From: Octopus bimaculoides
Lineage: Eukaryota
Direction: 5' to 3'
Assembly (NCBI RefSeq): GCF_001194135.2
Contig: NC_068993.1
Span: 63,264,935 to 63,328,934 of the forward strand
DNA length: 64,000 bases
The notes below the pieces were generated by a model. That model searched no databases. It worked only from the letters and a program-made list of their open reading frames with translations, and was not told the origin of the DNA. Positions 48,720 through 63,094 of this stretch are shown here, piece by piece. The position numbers and the translations under genes were made by a program. Each line of letters opens with the position of its first letter. Position 1 is the first letter of the stretch.

Positions 48720-49348
48720 ACACACACACACATTTATATACACACGCACATATATGCATACATGCATACACACACGCTCACACATCCCTGTAATATAAAT
48801 TCTTTAGATGTATGCTTTCCACAAATATATGCCCTTCACATACATGTATACGTGTACACGCTAGATTTGTACACAAACACACAATCTCATTTTTATTAAT
48901 TTGTCCTCTTTATAAACATATACATGCCAAAGTAGATTTTACATTTAAGGTCACATATCCACACACACACACGCGTGAATAAATCACAGTATGTCATAAT
49001 ATGTAGTTTCACAGTTTCTACAAACCAAAGCAATTCCATTATTCTCTCAGTGTGGAATATGTTCTAATTCTTCGTATCACTTAATGGGATTAATAGCAGA
49101 CATTCAGCCTCCTCAGTTTCCGTCAGTGATTTTTTCCATCTCGTAAGAGTATTTGGTTCGTTCTCATATCGTCGAATATTGTTGTTTAATGGTATAAAGG
49201 AGAAAGGGTCGGACTCACGAACATTTTCTGGGCCTCAAATACTGATGTGAGATAGGGATTGAACAGGCTTGTAATCTCGGACATTCCAACTGTGACCATA
49301 ACATCTCAGACAAGTGTATCCAGTTCAACATTGTCCCAAGGTTCCTTT

Positions 49349-49400
<52 letters not shown>

Positions 49401-52400
49401 GTTTGGGTGTGATGTTAGAGATGTGGCTATTATTTCTAGCCAGTCGAGCAACTTCATTAGCTCATCGTGTCTGTGAAATGATTCAGTTAAGGTTTTATTT
49501 AAAATTTAGTGTATCGTACATAAATATGGAACTGCCCCTTTCTTCTGCAAACTATACTCTTGGGAGGAGTTGGATTCATGACCACAAGCACCCAAAAATG
49601 CTTGTCAAAGGAGTCTCAGTGTGGTCACTCGACTTGCTAGAAATAGCTGTCAAATCTTCTCAGACTACATCCTGCTGCCTTAATTAAGGAGAATCATGTA
49701 GGATGATATAGTCTTAGATAAACTGAAGCTGAAGGAAAAAAACCAAAAAAGGGATTATTGCAGATGGAACATTTCTGATTATGGGGTTTGCTGAATCGGA
49801 GCTGAGATTGGGCTTAATGTGCTATTGTTGCCTCTCTAATATACCTAATACTTGGGTGGGTACCCTCATTGAGTGCTCTTTTACACAGGGTTACTGCTAC
49901 CATACCCAACAGATGGAAAAATGTGAGCCCAAGGTGAGTCTCAACATGGTCATCCAACATTCTAGAAATAGTAGTCAAATCTCTCGCAAACCACACATTT
50001 TGCACTTGAGTTGTCTGTAGTACAACCAATTCTGCTAGTAATATTTTGCTTGGATATAGGGGAGCTGTTTGCTGACAGGCCTACCTGGGATCATTGAATT
50101 CCAGAAAGGTAACTTCCTGGAATCTAAAAGATTGCAGACTTACAACCTGTGAGCCATGATTTCTTCCTTCCTTGTCTTCTGCCAATCTCTGATAGCAACG
50201 ACTGCTATCTTTAGCAGTTACTGTTACAATGTGAAGACACATGACTCAGTGGTTAGAGTGTCAGGCTCACAATCATGAGGTAGTGAGTTCAGTTCCTGGA
50301 CCAGGCTGCATGTTGTATTCTTAAGCAAGTCACTTTATTTTATGTTGCTCTAGTTTACTCAGCTGTAGAAATGAGTTGTGGCGTTACTGGTGCCAAGCTG
50401 TATCGGCCCCTTTGCCTCCTTTCCCTTGGATGACATTGGTGGCATGGAGAGAGAAGGCTGGTATGCATGGGCGACTGTTGGTCTTCCATAAAAACAACCC
50501 TAGGTTATGCGTTTGCCGGTGAGGCAACTTTCCGACCAGACTTGTGCCCCAGAGGGGAACCTCTTAGGTGCGCCCATGGTCATTCATGACCAATGGAGTT
50601 GAGTACTGTTACCATGTATAATATATCTATCGTTGTAAACATTTAGATTTCAAGTTGCTGCTGCAATTGAATAACAAAAAGCTAGTTTCATGACGGAGGG
50701 GGATGGAGGTTTGTCTTTTATCCCTGCATATGATATTGAACATATTTGGTAACTTATTCAAATACCTTCTGTCACTATTGACATTCACTTGGCTGAGTGA
50801 GAGAACCTACACACTGTTGCTCAATCTGCTAAAAATAGCAACTAAATCTTCTTCCAATCACACACCATCACTTTGTAAATGGACATGTTAAATAATGTTG
50901 TCCTCGGCTCTCTGCACAAGGAATTCAGCTGGATTGTCATTGATGGAATGTCTTTGATCATTGGTCTGTTTTGTCAGGGCTTGTTTAAACATGAGATAAA
51001 TAATTCTTTCTTTGGACCCTGAACTTTTGATGGAATCATAGAGATCCCATCCAGGTAAATGGGGTACCTAGTGTATTGTACACCTGTGTAGATTCCATCC
51101 CTTCTTCAGGTCTCAACATAACCCTTTTCTTTGTTTAGAAAGAGAAAGGAAGAGTCAACTGCCAGAAATGTTTATTTTAGGGATCCTGAAAGGCCCAGTC
51201 GACTTCAGTGGAATTCTAACAGATGGCTAGAATAATGAATGCTCGAAAGCATTCTATCCAATGCTTCAGCAACTCTGCCAGTATTCCAAAATAGCAACAG
51301 ATTTTGACTTCTTGCATTATCAAATATTTCTTTTGCGTTCTGAGTTGAAATCCTACCTGGATCAACTTCACTTCTCATTCCTCCTGGGTCAACAAAATAA
51401 CTTCTGGACAAATATAAAATGGCTTCTTCACTTTCTCCAAAATTTGTTGCCTTTGTAACCCCTTGATGCTCTTTCCTGTTGTGAATCGTGAGATAAAGTA
51501 GTGACCCCTGGTTGAAGCAGACTCCCTTTAGACAAACTATTTATTTAAACCCTTTCACCAACATCAACATGAATATCATCGTCATCGTTGTTTAACATCT
51601 GCCTTCCATGCTGGCAAACCTTATTACCTTCTTCTATGAAAGTGTAGTTTTGTGACTAATTAATAATTAATAATTAAGTCATTAATATTCTGTGTGTTTG
51701 TAAGTGTTGTTGTTTATGTGAGTCTCATTGAACCAAACCTTTGATCATGGGGTACCACCTCTGATCATCCTGTCTTTTTGAAGACTGTATGTAGTGGTGT
51801 GATTTGAGGGAAGTTTGGCTACTATTTCTAGCAGTTGAGCAACTCTATGGAGTTTCCCCCTTTGCCTTGTGTTANNNNNNNNNNNNNNNNNNNNNNNNNN
51901 NNNNNNNNNNNNNNNNNNNNNNNNNNNNNNNNNNNNNNNNNNNNNNNNNNNNNNNNNNNNNNNNNNNNNNNNNNNNNNNNNNNNNNNNNNNNNNNNNNNN
52001 NNNNNNNNNNNNNNNNNNNNNNNNNNNNNNNNNNNNNNNNNNNNNNNNNNNNNNNNNNNNNNNNNNNNNNNNNNNNNNNNNNNNNNNNNNNNNNNNNNNN
52101 NNNNNNNNNNNNNNNNNNNNNNNNNNNNNNNNNNNNNNNNNNNNNNNNNNNNNNNNNNNNNNNNNNNNNNNNNNNNNNNNNNNNNNNNNATTTGGTAGAC
52201 AGACAAAAAGATGTTTTCAGTTTAGTAAAAATATCTGAAGCAAAAAAAAAAGGTTACCTAACTGTTTGGTAGAAAAGAGAACTGCTTCCATCCTCCTCCT
52301 CCTCCTCCTGCTGCCAATTCCTTAACAGTTTTTCAAACTTGAGGTGTGTGACCTAAAAAAGGCCCATTTCCTTACTAATATCTTCCTCCTCCCTTCTTTA

Positions 52401-53047
52401 TTGCTGCTGTTGAGATGAAAGTACTTAGGGGGGTAACTTGTGTGTATGTGTGTGTTTAGTGTTTTTTCTTCTTTTTTTTATATTTGTTGTACTTTCTGTT
52501 GACTCATCTTCTAAAAATGTGTTAAGGGGTTTAGTTAGTCCCCTGCTGAAATTTATTTATCTCTCCCCCCCACACACACATCACCCACCATTCCTTGGTG
52601 TTAAGAAGATACCATTAAAGTAATCCTATACTGTTAAAGAAAAACTAGAAATAAGAAATTGAGCTGTTTTAGAGTTTTCACTTTTTGTTTGTTTTTGTTT
52701 TGCTCTGGCATGGCTGTGTGGTGAAGAAGTTTGACTTGCAATCACATCGTCACAAGTTCAGTCCCACCTTGAGCTGCACCTTGAGCACATGACTAGCCCA
52801 GGGTCAACCGATGTTCATCTTATGTGTGTGTGTGTCTATCCTCTTTACTTCTTGCCTACAAGTGTTGGTTTGTTTACTCTCAGTTTTAACTCAGCAGCTT
52901 GATAGAATAAGACCCAGCATCATTTGAGGATTAAGTATCTTTGCTTAAAGAAGCAGCACAAGGATGGTGACAGGGTTGACAGTTTAGTAATTGCTGACCT
53001 TTTGGCCACTTATTCACTAAACCCTCTTGATTTGGTTATTTGTACAA

Positions 53048-53085
<38 letters not shown>

Positions 53086-53986
53086 AAACAGAACATGAAG
53101 GTTAACTCTGGGAATTTCCAAGAAATGTTCTCATTTCTACTTAAGTAGAAATGAGATTGAGTAAATCTGTGATCAAGCCATAACTATTTGTCATTTCTGT
53201 TTTGTTGTAAATGTATCTTGCTACCATTAGGGTGTAATTAAGGAATGATTTAACTACTACTTCTAGCAAATTCAGCCATGTAGAACTTGTTTGGTCATCA
53301 TTCTAGCTGTGGTCATCTTTATTAGTGCATCTGGAGGCATGGCATATTACTTTAAGATCTGGGTTCCAGGAACATATGGTCTGTATTTCAAAGATGTTAG
53401 AGAATTTGTTATAGAGAGTGGGTTGTTAAGAAAACCACAGGAAAACATGGTAGAATCCTCGTATATTGCTATTAAAAAATTTTTTTTTACACATTTCTTA
53501 GTGAAATATAGTCTCACTAATGATATTGCTCTCCCCTCAAGCTAAAGACCTTTATTCATTTATTTATTTATTCATTCGCCCCCCCCCCNNNNNNNNNNNN
53601 NNNNNNNNNNNNNNNNNNNNNNNNNNNNNNNNNNNNNNNNNNNNNNNNNNNNNNNNNNNNNNNNNNNNNNNNNNNNNNNNNNNNNNNNNNNNNNNNNNNN
53701 NNNNNNNNNNNNNNNNNNNNNNNNNNNNNNNNNNNNNNNNNNNNNNNNNNNNNNNNNNNNNNNNNNNNNNNNNNNNNNNNNNNNNNNNNNNNNNNNNNNN
53801 NNNNNNNNNNNNNNNNNNNNNNNNNNNNNNNNNNNNNNNNNNNNNNNNNCATAGAGCAGAGTGGACACTTAAGTCCTCGTTGGGGACAAGACAACTTCTC
53901 TAGTATTGAGTTCAGTGAAAGCATGTGATAAGAATAAGACTAGTGAATAATAATAATAATGATAATAATAAAAGCAAATGATAATG

Positions 53987-54019
<33 letters not shown>

Positions 54020-54032
54020 GCAAATAATAATG

Positions 54033-54065
<33 letters not shown>

Positions 54066-56707
54066 GCAAATAATAATGATAATAATAATAATAATAATGA
54101 TGGTTTTAAATTTTGGCACAGGACCAGCAGTTTTTGAGGGAAGGGGTAAGTCGATGACATTGATCCCCAGTATTTGACCGGTACATATGTCGACCCCAAA
54201 CTGATGAAAGGCAAAGTTGACCCCAGTGGCATTGATGTTTCACAGAAGAGAAAAACAGAAAGAATAGTCCCAACAGATTTTTTCAACTTCTGATTATTAT
54301 TTCACAGCCAGCTCTCTCTCTATTTTGAAACCCGACACTGCATCGAAACAGAATTGAGGAATTTCTAGTTGCTACAACATCTGTGACTGGAACATTTTAC
54401 CATTCTTATGTTATCTCATGGCAGCAGTTGTTTAACCTTTTCAAGTCAATATCTACCAATCACTATGACGACTATCATTGTCTTCAAGTTGCTCAAATTA
54501 CTTAGCATCCTCGTCTAATTCTGTCTCGAATGAGATAAGGTGAAGTAGGACTTCTTCAGGGTTTTGTTCTGGGTCCCCTGTCAACCCTTTCAAGTCTACT
54601 GACTGTCAGTTACACTTGTTATTTACTGAAATTGTTTTGGCAGAAATGTCAGCACGCTGGGCGAAATGCTTAGCGGTATTTCGTCGGTCGACTTTGCTTT
54701 TCATCCTTTCGGGGTCGATAAATTAAGTACCAGTTGCGTACTGGGGTCGATCTAATCGACTGGCCTTGCTCCTCAAAAATTTCAGGTTCAGATGATAAAA
54801 AGATATCCAAAAAGGCAGTCCACAATCTTTCAACACTTTTTTTGTAATTCATAATTCTATATTTCTGTGATGAAGAATTTACATTAGTTGGAATGGTATC
54901 CCCATCTTGACTGCTGCTTTTTTCTATGTTTCGGCTGCTGTAAGGCTCCTGTGTTGGAATTGGTGGTTGTATCAGAATTTCAAACCTAACCCTTTATTTG
55001 ATCCACAGGGTACGCTTTTCTCATTCCATTCTCTGCACTTCATGACATTTTTGAATTATGTGAATTTCTTCAGTGCCTTGCCTGGGATTGAACTCAGAAA
55101 CTCTACGTGACTGTACTGTTTTAACCAATGTCTTTATCTGCTACATTGTGCCCGTGGAAGTTGATTATATATATGGAGAGAGAGAGAGAGAAAGAATATC
55201 TGACTGATCTCCTTTTAAGGCATGTATAAATTTGGCTGACCATGAAATCAAGAGGTTTGATTTTGAACATAAAATCTTCACCCTGTAAATTCTTCTTGTT
55301 TGTTATGTTTTACTATAAAACTTTGCTTCCCTCATGGAATTGTCATATGTCACCAAAATATATGGTGCTGTATCACCTGGGAAATATTTGGCAGAGTATT
55401 GCTTGAAGAAATGACAGTTTGTGAAATTAAGAACTTACATAATGCTATTTGTTAATTTACACAATTGTATTTCGAAGGAACATGCTGTGGAAACAAGTGT
55501 AGTGACACTCTGAAGTATCCATTCCTTTTGTTCTTGTTTGTTATGTAAATAGGCAGACAGACAGACAGACACATATGGAAGTATTTCAGAGAGAGAAAGA
55601 CAATGAAACAGTGTTTGGGGTATGACATGTAAGATAAAAATGTGTGTAGTTTGGGAGGGAGGGGGTGAGTGAAAGAGAAAGTGAATTGGGGGTGGGGGCA
55701 AGGAGAAGGGAGCAAGTAAATGAGACAAATGAGGTGGGAAAGAGAAAGTGAGTGGAAGAGAGAGTGAATGAATGAAAGAGTGAAAGGTAGGTGAAGGAGG
55801 ATAATGAGAATAAAAGAAGAGTAAATGATGGAGAGGTGAAAATAGAAAGAAAAAAGTTATTAAGAATTATTACAAATGAAAAGGAAATATTTTAAGACAG
55901 GAAACCTTGTTTTTTTTTTATTTTCCTGCATCTTTAAGATTCCATTCCATAAAAAATAAAGAATTTTCGTTTGGATATTGTAAATATTTTCTTTTGTATA
56001 AAAGATGTTGAGAAAATCTTTTCAACTCTAATTGTGAGAATAGAATTTAACTCTTTCTTGGCAGCTGTTTCGAACATTAAATTACTGGTGTGTTAACAGT
56101 GTTTTTCTTTCATTGCTATAACATATTATAGACCAAACTCATAGATTTAACAACCGACATTGTATGTTATGATGAATCTACCATTTTCCAATACAAGTTA
56201 AGAAGTTCCTGACCTGCAATACACCCTCCTTAACTATCCTCAAACTGCTAATGTTAATGGGTTTAAGTGAACTTGGTAGACCAGTTTGCATATTCAACAC
56301 TTTCTTGACAGCTGTTTCAAACATAAAATTACTGGTGTATTATATATGTTTGTATGTATGTGTGTTTGCATTTTTGTACATACCTTTGTCTTGGCATCGT
56401 TGTCATACAATTGATTCTGTTTCTCTTTTAGTCTTTTTACAAGAACAAGTGTAGTCAAGGGGTGGGGTGGATATTAACTTGTTTGGAAGCAGGTATGAGT
56501 TGGTGACAGGAAGGGCATCTGGTTGTTAAAGAAAAAAAAACGCTGTATTAATAGGTTCCATCTGACCCATGCAAGCATGGAAAAATGGATGTTAAACAAT
56601 GGTGATGATGATGATGATATCACATTAACCTTTTATTTTGTTATAATCACAGTTTTCAATACCACAACATTTTCACTTACATATACACATTAATAAANNN
56701 NNNNNNN

Positions 56708-56750
<43 letters not shown>

Positions 56751-57141
56751 ACTCTATATCTCTCAGCCTCTCTCCTAAGATATTATTTATTTATTACTTT
56801 TTTCTCTCTAAAACTTGGTTGCAATTTGCTTTAGAATTATCTCTATACTTTGATCATTTATCTCCTTCTTTCCATATCATGCTCTCTCCCTTTGACACAC
56901 ACTCTCTCTCACTCACACACACACACACCTTCACTCTCTGTCTCTCTCTCTCTCACATACACAATCTCTCTCTCTCTCACATACACAATCTCTCTCTCTC
57001 TCACATACACAATCTCTCTCTCTCTCACATACACAATCTCTCTCTCTCTCACATACACNNNNNNNNNNNNNNNNNNNNNNNNNNNNNNNNNNNNNNNNNN
57101 NNNNNNNNNNNNNNNNNNNNNNNNNNNNNNNNNNNNNNNNN

Positions 57142-57182
<41 letters not shown>

Positions 57183-59837
57183 GCTTCCCACTTACTTTCT
57201 ACATCAATCACTGTATTACGCCTGAGTGCTGTTAATATCTCTTGGAATATTTCCAGAACAATTCCTTGTTGCTGTCCACTCTCACTCTCCCCATCACAAT
57301 TCTTGCAGCCTTCACCCAACTCAGTCTTTCAAGAGAGGAGGAATGGGAGGGTGGAAGGAGAAGTGGAGGCTAAGAGCTGGAAATCTCCACAGAATTGGTA
57401 AAAAGTTCTATTGTCACCTTTGGTGGTTTTTTATTTATTTATTCTTGACACTCCCCCACTTAGGGCCACTGCAAGGTTGCTCAGCCTGCTAGAAATAGCT
57501 GTCAGATCACTTTTAATCATACTCTTCTGTCTTAAATGGAAGGAGACTGATTAAAGCGGCCCAAAATGGAGGTCGGGGTACTCTAAGCCTGGAAAAAGGC
57601 AGGACGGTCATGGTTGGCACCACTAGGTTTAAATGAGCTGGACAACTCTGAGAAGCTCAATGCTTTCTCAGCAGTTGAGGTCTCCAGGAAGGTAGGACAA
57701 CGTTGGTTTCATGTTCAAGAGATTGGTTTGGCCATCAATTAAATGGTTCTGTTTCTAGTTTGTCACTGACTGGCTTCTGTTTTTCTTGTCCAACTCCATG
57801 TCAGTGTGATTGGGGAAGAATTTCGGTCAAAGACATATCTTCACATGAGGAATGCAGACAGCAGGCTGCTGCAGATGCTCAAGGGATCATTAGAAGCAGT
57901 TGATTGCTTCTGTTACCTGGAAGACCAAGTGAGCAGTGCTGGAGGTTAAACGATGATGACGATGATGATGATAACGATGATGTATGTATGCAAAGGTACA
58001 AGGCATAGTAGTTAGGTCTGCTGTATGCATGGTCATGTGATCCTGGTTTCGATTCCCAGACCAGGATGTGTGTTGTCTTCTTGAGCAAGACACTTCATTT
58101 CACATTGCCCCAGTCTAGTCAGCTGTAACCGTAGTCCTAATTTATGTTCCTAACACTAGCTGAATGATAACTAAATTCTTTGTTATATCTAAAATAATTG
58201 AGAGAAACACAGAGATTCTCAAAATAAATACAGTAACGAAAGGGTTAAACATGAGTATGGTAACCATGATTTATTCTTTAGTTTCGTATCTTTGCCCAAA
58301 GGCCACTCTGGACATTAAACCAAGTAGACATTTTGCTAATGTCCTCTTCTGTGGTTTTTGTTTTCATGACAATTAATTAAGAGCGTTTAGCCTTCCCAAC
58401 AGTATAGTTGAATTTTAAATTAAATCTAATGAAATAGATTTCTTTTTTTCATTTAATTGTAATTAATAAACAAATCTGGTTTCATGAATTGTTTCAATAA
58501 TTGCTTCTCTTAAAGAATAATGGTGGAAGAATTTACTAAAACTCAAATCAAAAGAAGCTGGGGTGGGGAGGAGAAAGAGTAGGGTTGGCTGGGGGACTGG
58601 CATCAGATGGGGAAGAATGTGACCTGGAACTCTGAGGCTCCGGTGATGGCTTGACCAGTGTGCTGGAATAGGCACTGGCTGTGCCACCCCTCCCACCCAC
58701 ATGGTAAAAGTGTGCAACTGTAGCGGAATGGTTGTCATGTTATTAAAGTCCCATCTCAAACCAAAATAAACAAATCAATCATCAAAGAGAGACTCTTGTG
58801 ATTGTCTTTTCTTTTACAGATTTAAGGCTGAGTCTCTAGAAAGAACTACATTATCAAAATGTATCCTTCCTTTTTCTTTACAACATAGTTGGTGGATAAT
58901 GGGGAGATTTGACTATTATTTCTAGCATGCTATACGACCATGTAGGTCTCTCTGCTTCTTCTCCTTTGGTTCATAGTTGTTACAGTGATGGCATAGTGGT
59001 TATGGTGATGGTGGTGTTTAGTCTACAAACAATAGTTCTATACCATGGCACACAGCGCCGCAGGCGGATCTCAAGCATCCTTCCAGAGTGGCTCTCGACA
59101 AAGTGATGGTGGTGGCCTTAGAGGTGTGGCAGTATTAGTGGAAACTGTAGGGAATTATGAGTGTCTTTGGACCATTTTAGCTCAGTCTCTCACGAAAGCA
59201 GAGAAATAGTTTAGTCAGTTATCGGTAATTGGGTTACTTTTAATTGTTATCAGTAATCAATCTGAGAAGACACTCGACTCTACTGTCTTAAAACCAAGCA
59301 CATAAAATAAAAAACGAAAGAAGGATTCATTACATTGTACAGTCTTAGATACACTATGCCTGTAAAAGAAAAGCCGTAATTGTGAAGCCTTTTTCGATAT
59401 TTTGACTGCAGCAAGGCTTACCACACGTTGAACATTGCAGAGTTTGTGGCGAGTAAAGCTATTTTTTCGTAAGCGTGCATCATGTCTTTTTACAAACACA
59501 CACACACACACACACACACGCACTCTTACAAAACCAGGTCTTCTAAAGTGCCAAGTGGAGGGGAGATAACTCTTTTCTATGCAGTTTCATCTTATCCGTT
59601 CTCTCCCCCCACCCTCTCTCTCTCTCAACCAATTTTTCTCGCTCATTAAAAGCTTTATAGGAATATACTGTTTGTTTACTGATATTTTTGTCTCCCATAA
59701 ACATTTTATGTTTCCCTTCTCACTCTATCTTTTAATCTAAAAGTCCTTTGTTGTTCGTCGTCTTTTCTAAAATGCTATTTTTTTAATCTTCCATTCCCAT
59801 CGTCATTTAACCAAACCCGCGCATCATACACTCTGCT

Positions 59838-59874
<37 letters not shown>

Positions 59875-60244
59875 CTGTGTGGTAAGAAGTTTGCTTCCCA
59901 ACCATGTTGTCCCAGGTTCACTCCCACTGCATGGCACTTTGGGCAAGTGTTTTCTACTATAACCCCAGGCTGATCAAAGCCTTGTGAATGAATCTGGAAG
60001 ACGGAAACTGAAAGAAGCTTGTTATGTATATATTTATTTATATGTGTGTGTATCTTTCTGTTTGTCCCCATCACTTCTTGACACCAGTGTTGGTTTGTTT
60101 ATATCCTATAACTTAGCAGGTTATCACAAGAGATCAAAGATCAAGGACTAAGCTTACTGGTACTTATTCTCTCTTTGTTCACTAAACCCTTCATGGTCTT
60201 GCCTCAACATGGCTGCAGTCCAATGACTCCTTCCCTTGCACCTC

Positions 60245-60560
60245 CAATAATCTGATTTATTGCATCTTCTGCTTGCTTTTCCACTCCCCATACATTGGAC
60301 AAACTGGTTGATATTTGGTTGATCATTTTGCTGAACATCATTGGGACATCAGACTTGGTAATGACACCCCAGTCTTGTATCACACTCCACTGGTTATTCC
60401 CAACAACATCTATCTGTGTTCAGACTGGCCTTGCACAGAGCTACTCGGACTCCTGCCTCCATCTGGAGCAGGAATTAATTTTTTTTCTCTATGCTTGAGT
60501 CCCTCATGGCCTAAATTCTCTATTGCTTTTCATTTAAACTCTTCTTTCACACACACCATC
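60245..60560 (+). mobile_element. Penelope-like element GIY-YIG endonuclease remnant
   Basis: LIYCIFC....PYIGQTG*YLVDHFAEHHWDIRLGNDTPV and LHLEQELIFFL, across frameshifts. Confidence 0.75.
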
Positions 60561-62440
60561 CACCTTTTACATTCCCACTGTTCCCTCAGCTTCTACCCTA
60601 CACATACCCATACTACACTCAACACATGGCTATGATGCTCCCCACCACCATTATTATTATCATCATCATCATCATTATTATTAAGCAGAGACAGAATGTC
60701 TTGTGGAAGCAGTGGGCTGTAGAATCTGTAGAGCATTGTCTTCTAGTGTTGGAAGTTATAATTGGTAAAGTGAAAGACAAAATCTTTTATGGTATTGTGG
60801 GAATAGTATAATTGGTAGAGTGTCTGACAAGACACCATGTAGCATTTTGCTACATTCCTTCATGTAGTGAATTTGAATCTTACCAAGATTGACTTTAATT
60901 CTCATTCTTTCAGGATCATTAGAATAAATATCCATCTCAAATATTAATCACTTGTAGCCATCTTGCCAAAATATATGGCTTTCTGCATATATTAGGAATT
61001 ATATGAGTCTCGGTGGAATCTTTATGGAGTCTCTGTGACTCCATCAAGTCTGGCTCTGTTGTGCTCTGCTTTATGCACTTTTATAGTTTTGGAATGTAGG
61101 TCTGTGTTTCCTGAAAGGTTTGTTTTGTTAGGGTACTTAGCTTGTTCCTGATGGTGTTTTAGTGTTTCTTTGGTTAGCGCAGAATATATACAACACAAAC
61201 ATAGAGTATGAACAATGTGAGTCGCGTCATTTCGTTGGGTGGCTGGTATGTTACGTGTGTGCTGTGTGACTGGTCTCATGGCTTTTCGTGTCAGACACTA
61301 ACTGTGTACAGTGAATGGTTTGTGTTGTATTAATGGATTGCAGTTGCAGATTAAACATGAATTATTTGGGTTATTGGTGTTGTAGAGGACTGTGTATTGT
61401 GTTATTTTATTGGGTGTTGGTCATGTAAAGTTTGTGTTGTTTGTGTTGTGTGCGTTGTTAAGTTGTTACTTGATTGGCCGGTTATTGTGTAGGGTTTGTA
61501 CTGAGTGCAGAAACTGCACCGTTTGAATCGTGTCGTTGCACTGAATCTAAGCAAGTTTCTATTTTTTTTGTTTGTTTTTTGCCATATTTGATTGCATACA
61601 ATACTGTGATCCCTGGTATGGTGTGTTTGTTGTTGTTCAGGTTTTCCTTTCCCATCATACTTTATGCTCAAATTATTAGAACTTTTTATAATTTTCATAT
61701 TTATATTTTTAATGTTTCTCCACTTCTTTTTGGTCAATGTTTTGGCCAGAAGCAATCATTATGTCCATCTCCTGAATACAACTATCTTCATTCCAGTCCT
61801 TCATCATCATCATCATCATTGCTGTTTAACGTCTGCTTTCCATGCTGGCATGGGTTGGACGGTTTGACTGAGGACTGGTGAGCCAGAAGGCTGCACCAGG
61901 CTCAATCTGGTCTGGCAAAGTTTCTACAGCTGGATGCCCTTCCTAACGCCAACCACTCCAAAAGTGTAGTGGGTGCTTTTACGTGCCACCGGCATGAGGA
62001 CCAGTCAGGTGGTAGTGGCAATGACCACGCTCAAATGATGTTTTTTACATGCTACCTGCACAGAAGCCAGTTCAACAGCACTGGCAACGACCATGCTTGA
62101 ATGTTGTCTTTGATTATTATATCGAAAATTTGGTGCTGGTGCCACATAAAAAGCACCCAGTACATTTCTGTAAAGTGGTTGGTATTAGAAAGGCCATATA
62201 ACTAGAAATCATGCCAAAACTGACAATGGAGCCTGTTGTGGCTGTTGGCCTTGCCAGCTCTTGTCAAACCGTCCAACCCATGCCAGCATGAAAAACAGAC
62301 GTCAAATGATGATATGCTAATGATAAAACAGTTTACTTTGATCTCTTCATGGCTGATTTGTCATGTCCTTTGTTTAATCTGTTTCTCGTCCATTTTCACA
62401 TTGCAATATTAATATATTGACCCACTGGACATGGCTGCCA

Positions 62441-62535
62441 ACACTTTATTGTACTTTTGTACAATATTTATTGTACTTTATTGTACTTTTATTGTACTTT
62501 TATTGTACTTTTATTGTACTTTTATTGTACTTTTG
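62441..62535. repeat. ~11-bp minisatellite (ttttattgtac)n
   Basis: About 7 near-identical units. Confidence 0.9.
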
Positions 62536-63043
62536 TATCTACTCAGACTTGGCAACAGCCAAGCAGCCAGAAATGATTTCGTCAACTCTCTCTCTCTNNN
62601 NNNNNNNNNNNNNNNNNNNNNNNNNNNNNNNNNNNNNNNNNNNNNNNNNNNNNNNNNNNNNNNNNNNNNNNNNNNNNNNNNNNNNNNNNNNNNNNNNNNN
62701 NNNNNNNNNNNNNNNNNNNNNNNNNNNNNNNNNNNNNNNNNNNNNNNNNNNNNNNNNNNNNNNNNNNNNNNNNNNNNNNNNNNNNNNNNNNNNNNNNNNN
62801 NNNNNNNNNNNNNNNNNNNNNNNNNNNNNNNNNNNNNNNNNNNNNNNNNNNNNNNNNNNNNNNNNNNNNNNNNNNNNNNNNNNNNNNNNNNNNNNNNNNN
62901 NNNNNNNNNNNNNNNNNNNNNNNNNNNNNNNNNNNNNNNNNNNNNNNNNNNNNNNNNNNNNNNNNNNNNNNNNNNNNNNNNNNNNNNNNNNNNNNNNNNN
63001 NNNNNNNNNNNNNNNNNNNNNNNNNNNNNNNNNNNNNNNNNNN

Positions 63044-63094
<51 letters not shown>

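Noticed and set aside
50240-50320. tRNA genes (here and at other SINE heads)
   Set aside because: A/B-box-like heads continue into SINE bodies and no complete cloverleaf is evident.
54670-54990. Minus-strand open frame (IQPPIPTQEP...VERLWTAFLDIF)
   Set aside because: No polypyrimidine acceptor or donor, it runs into a SINE, and there is no recognisable homology.
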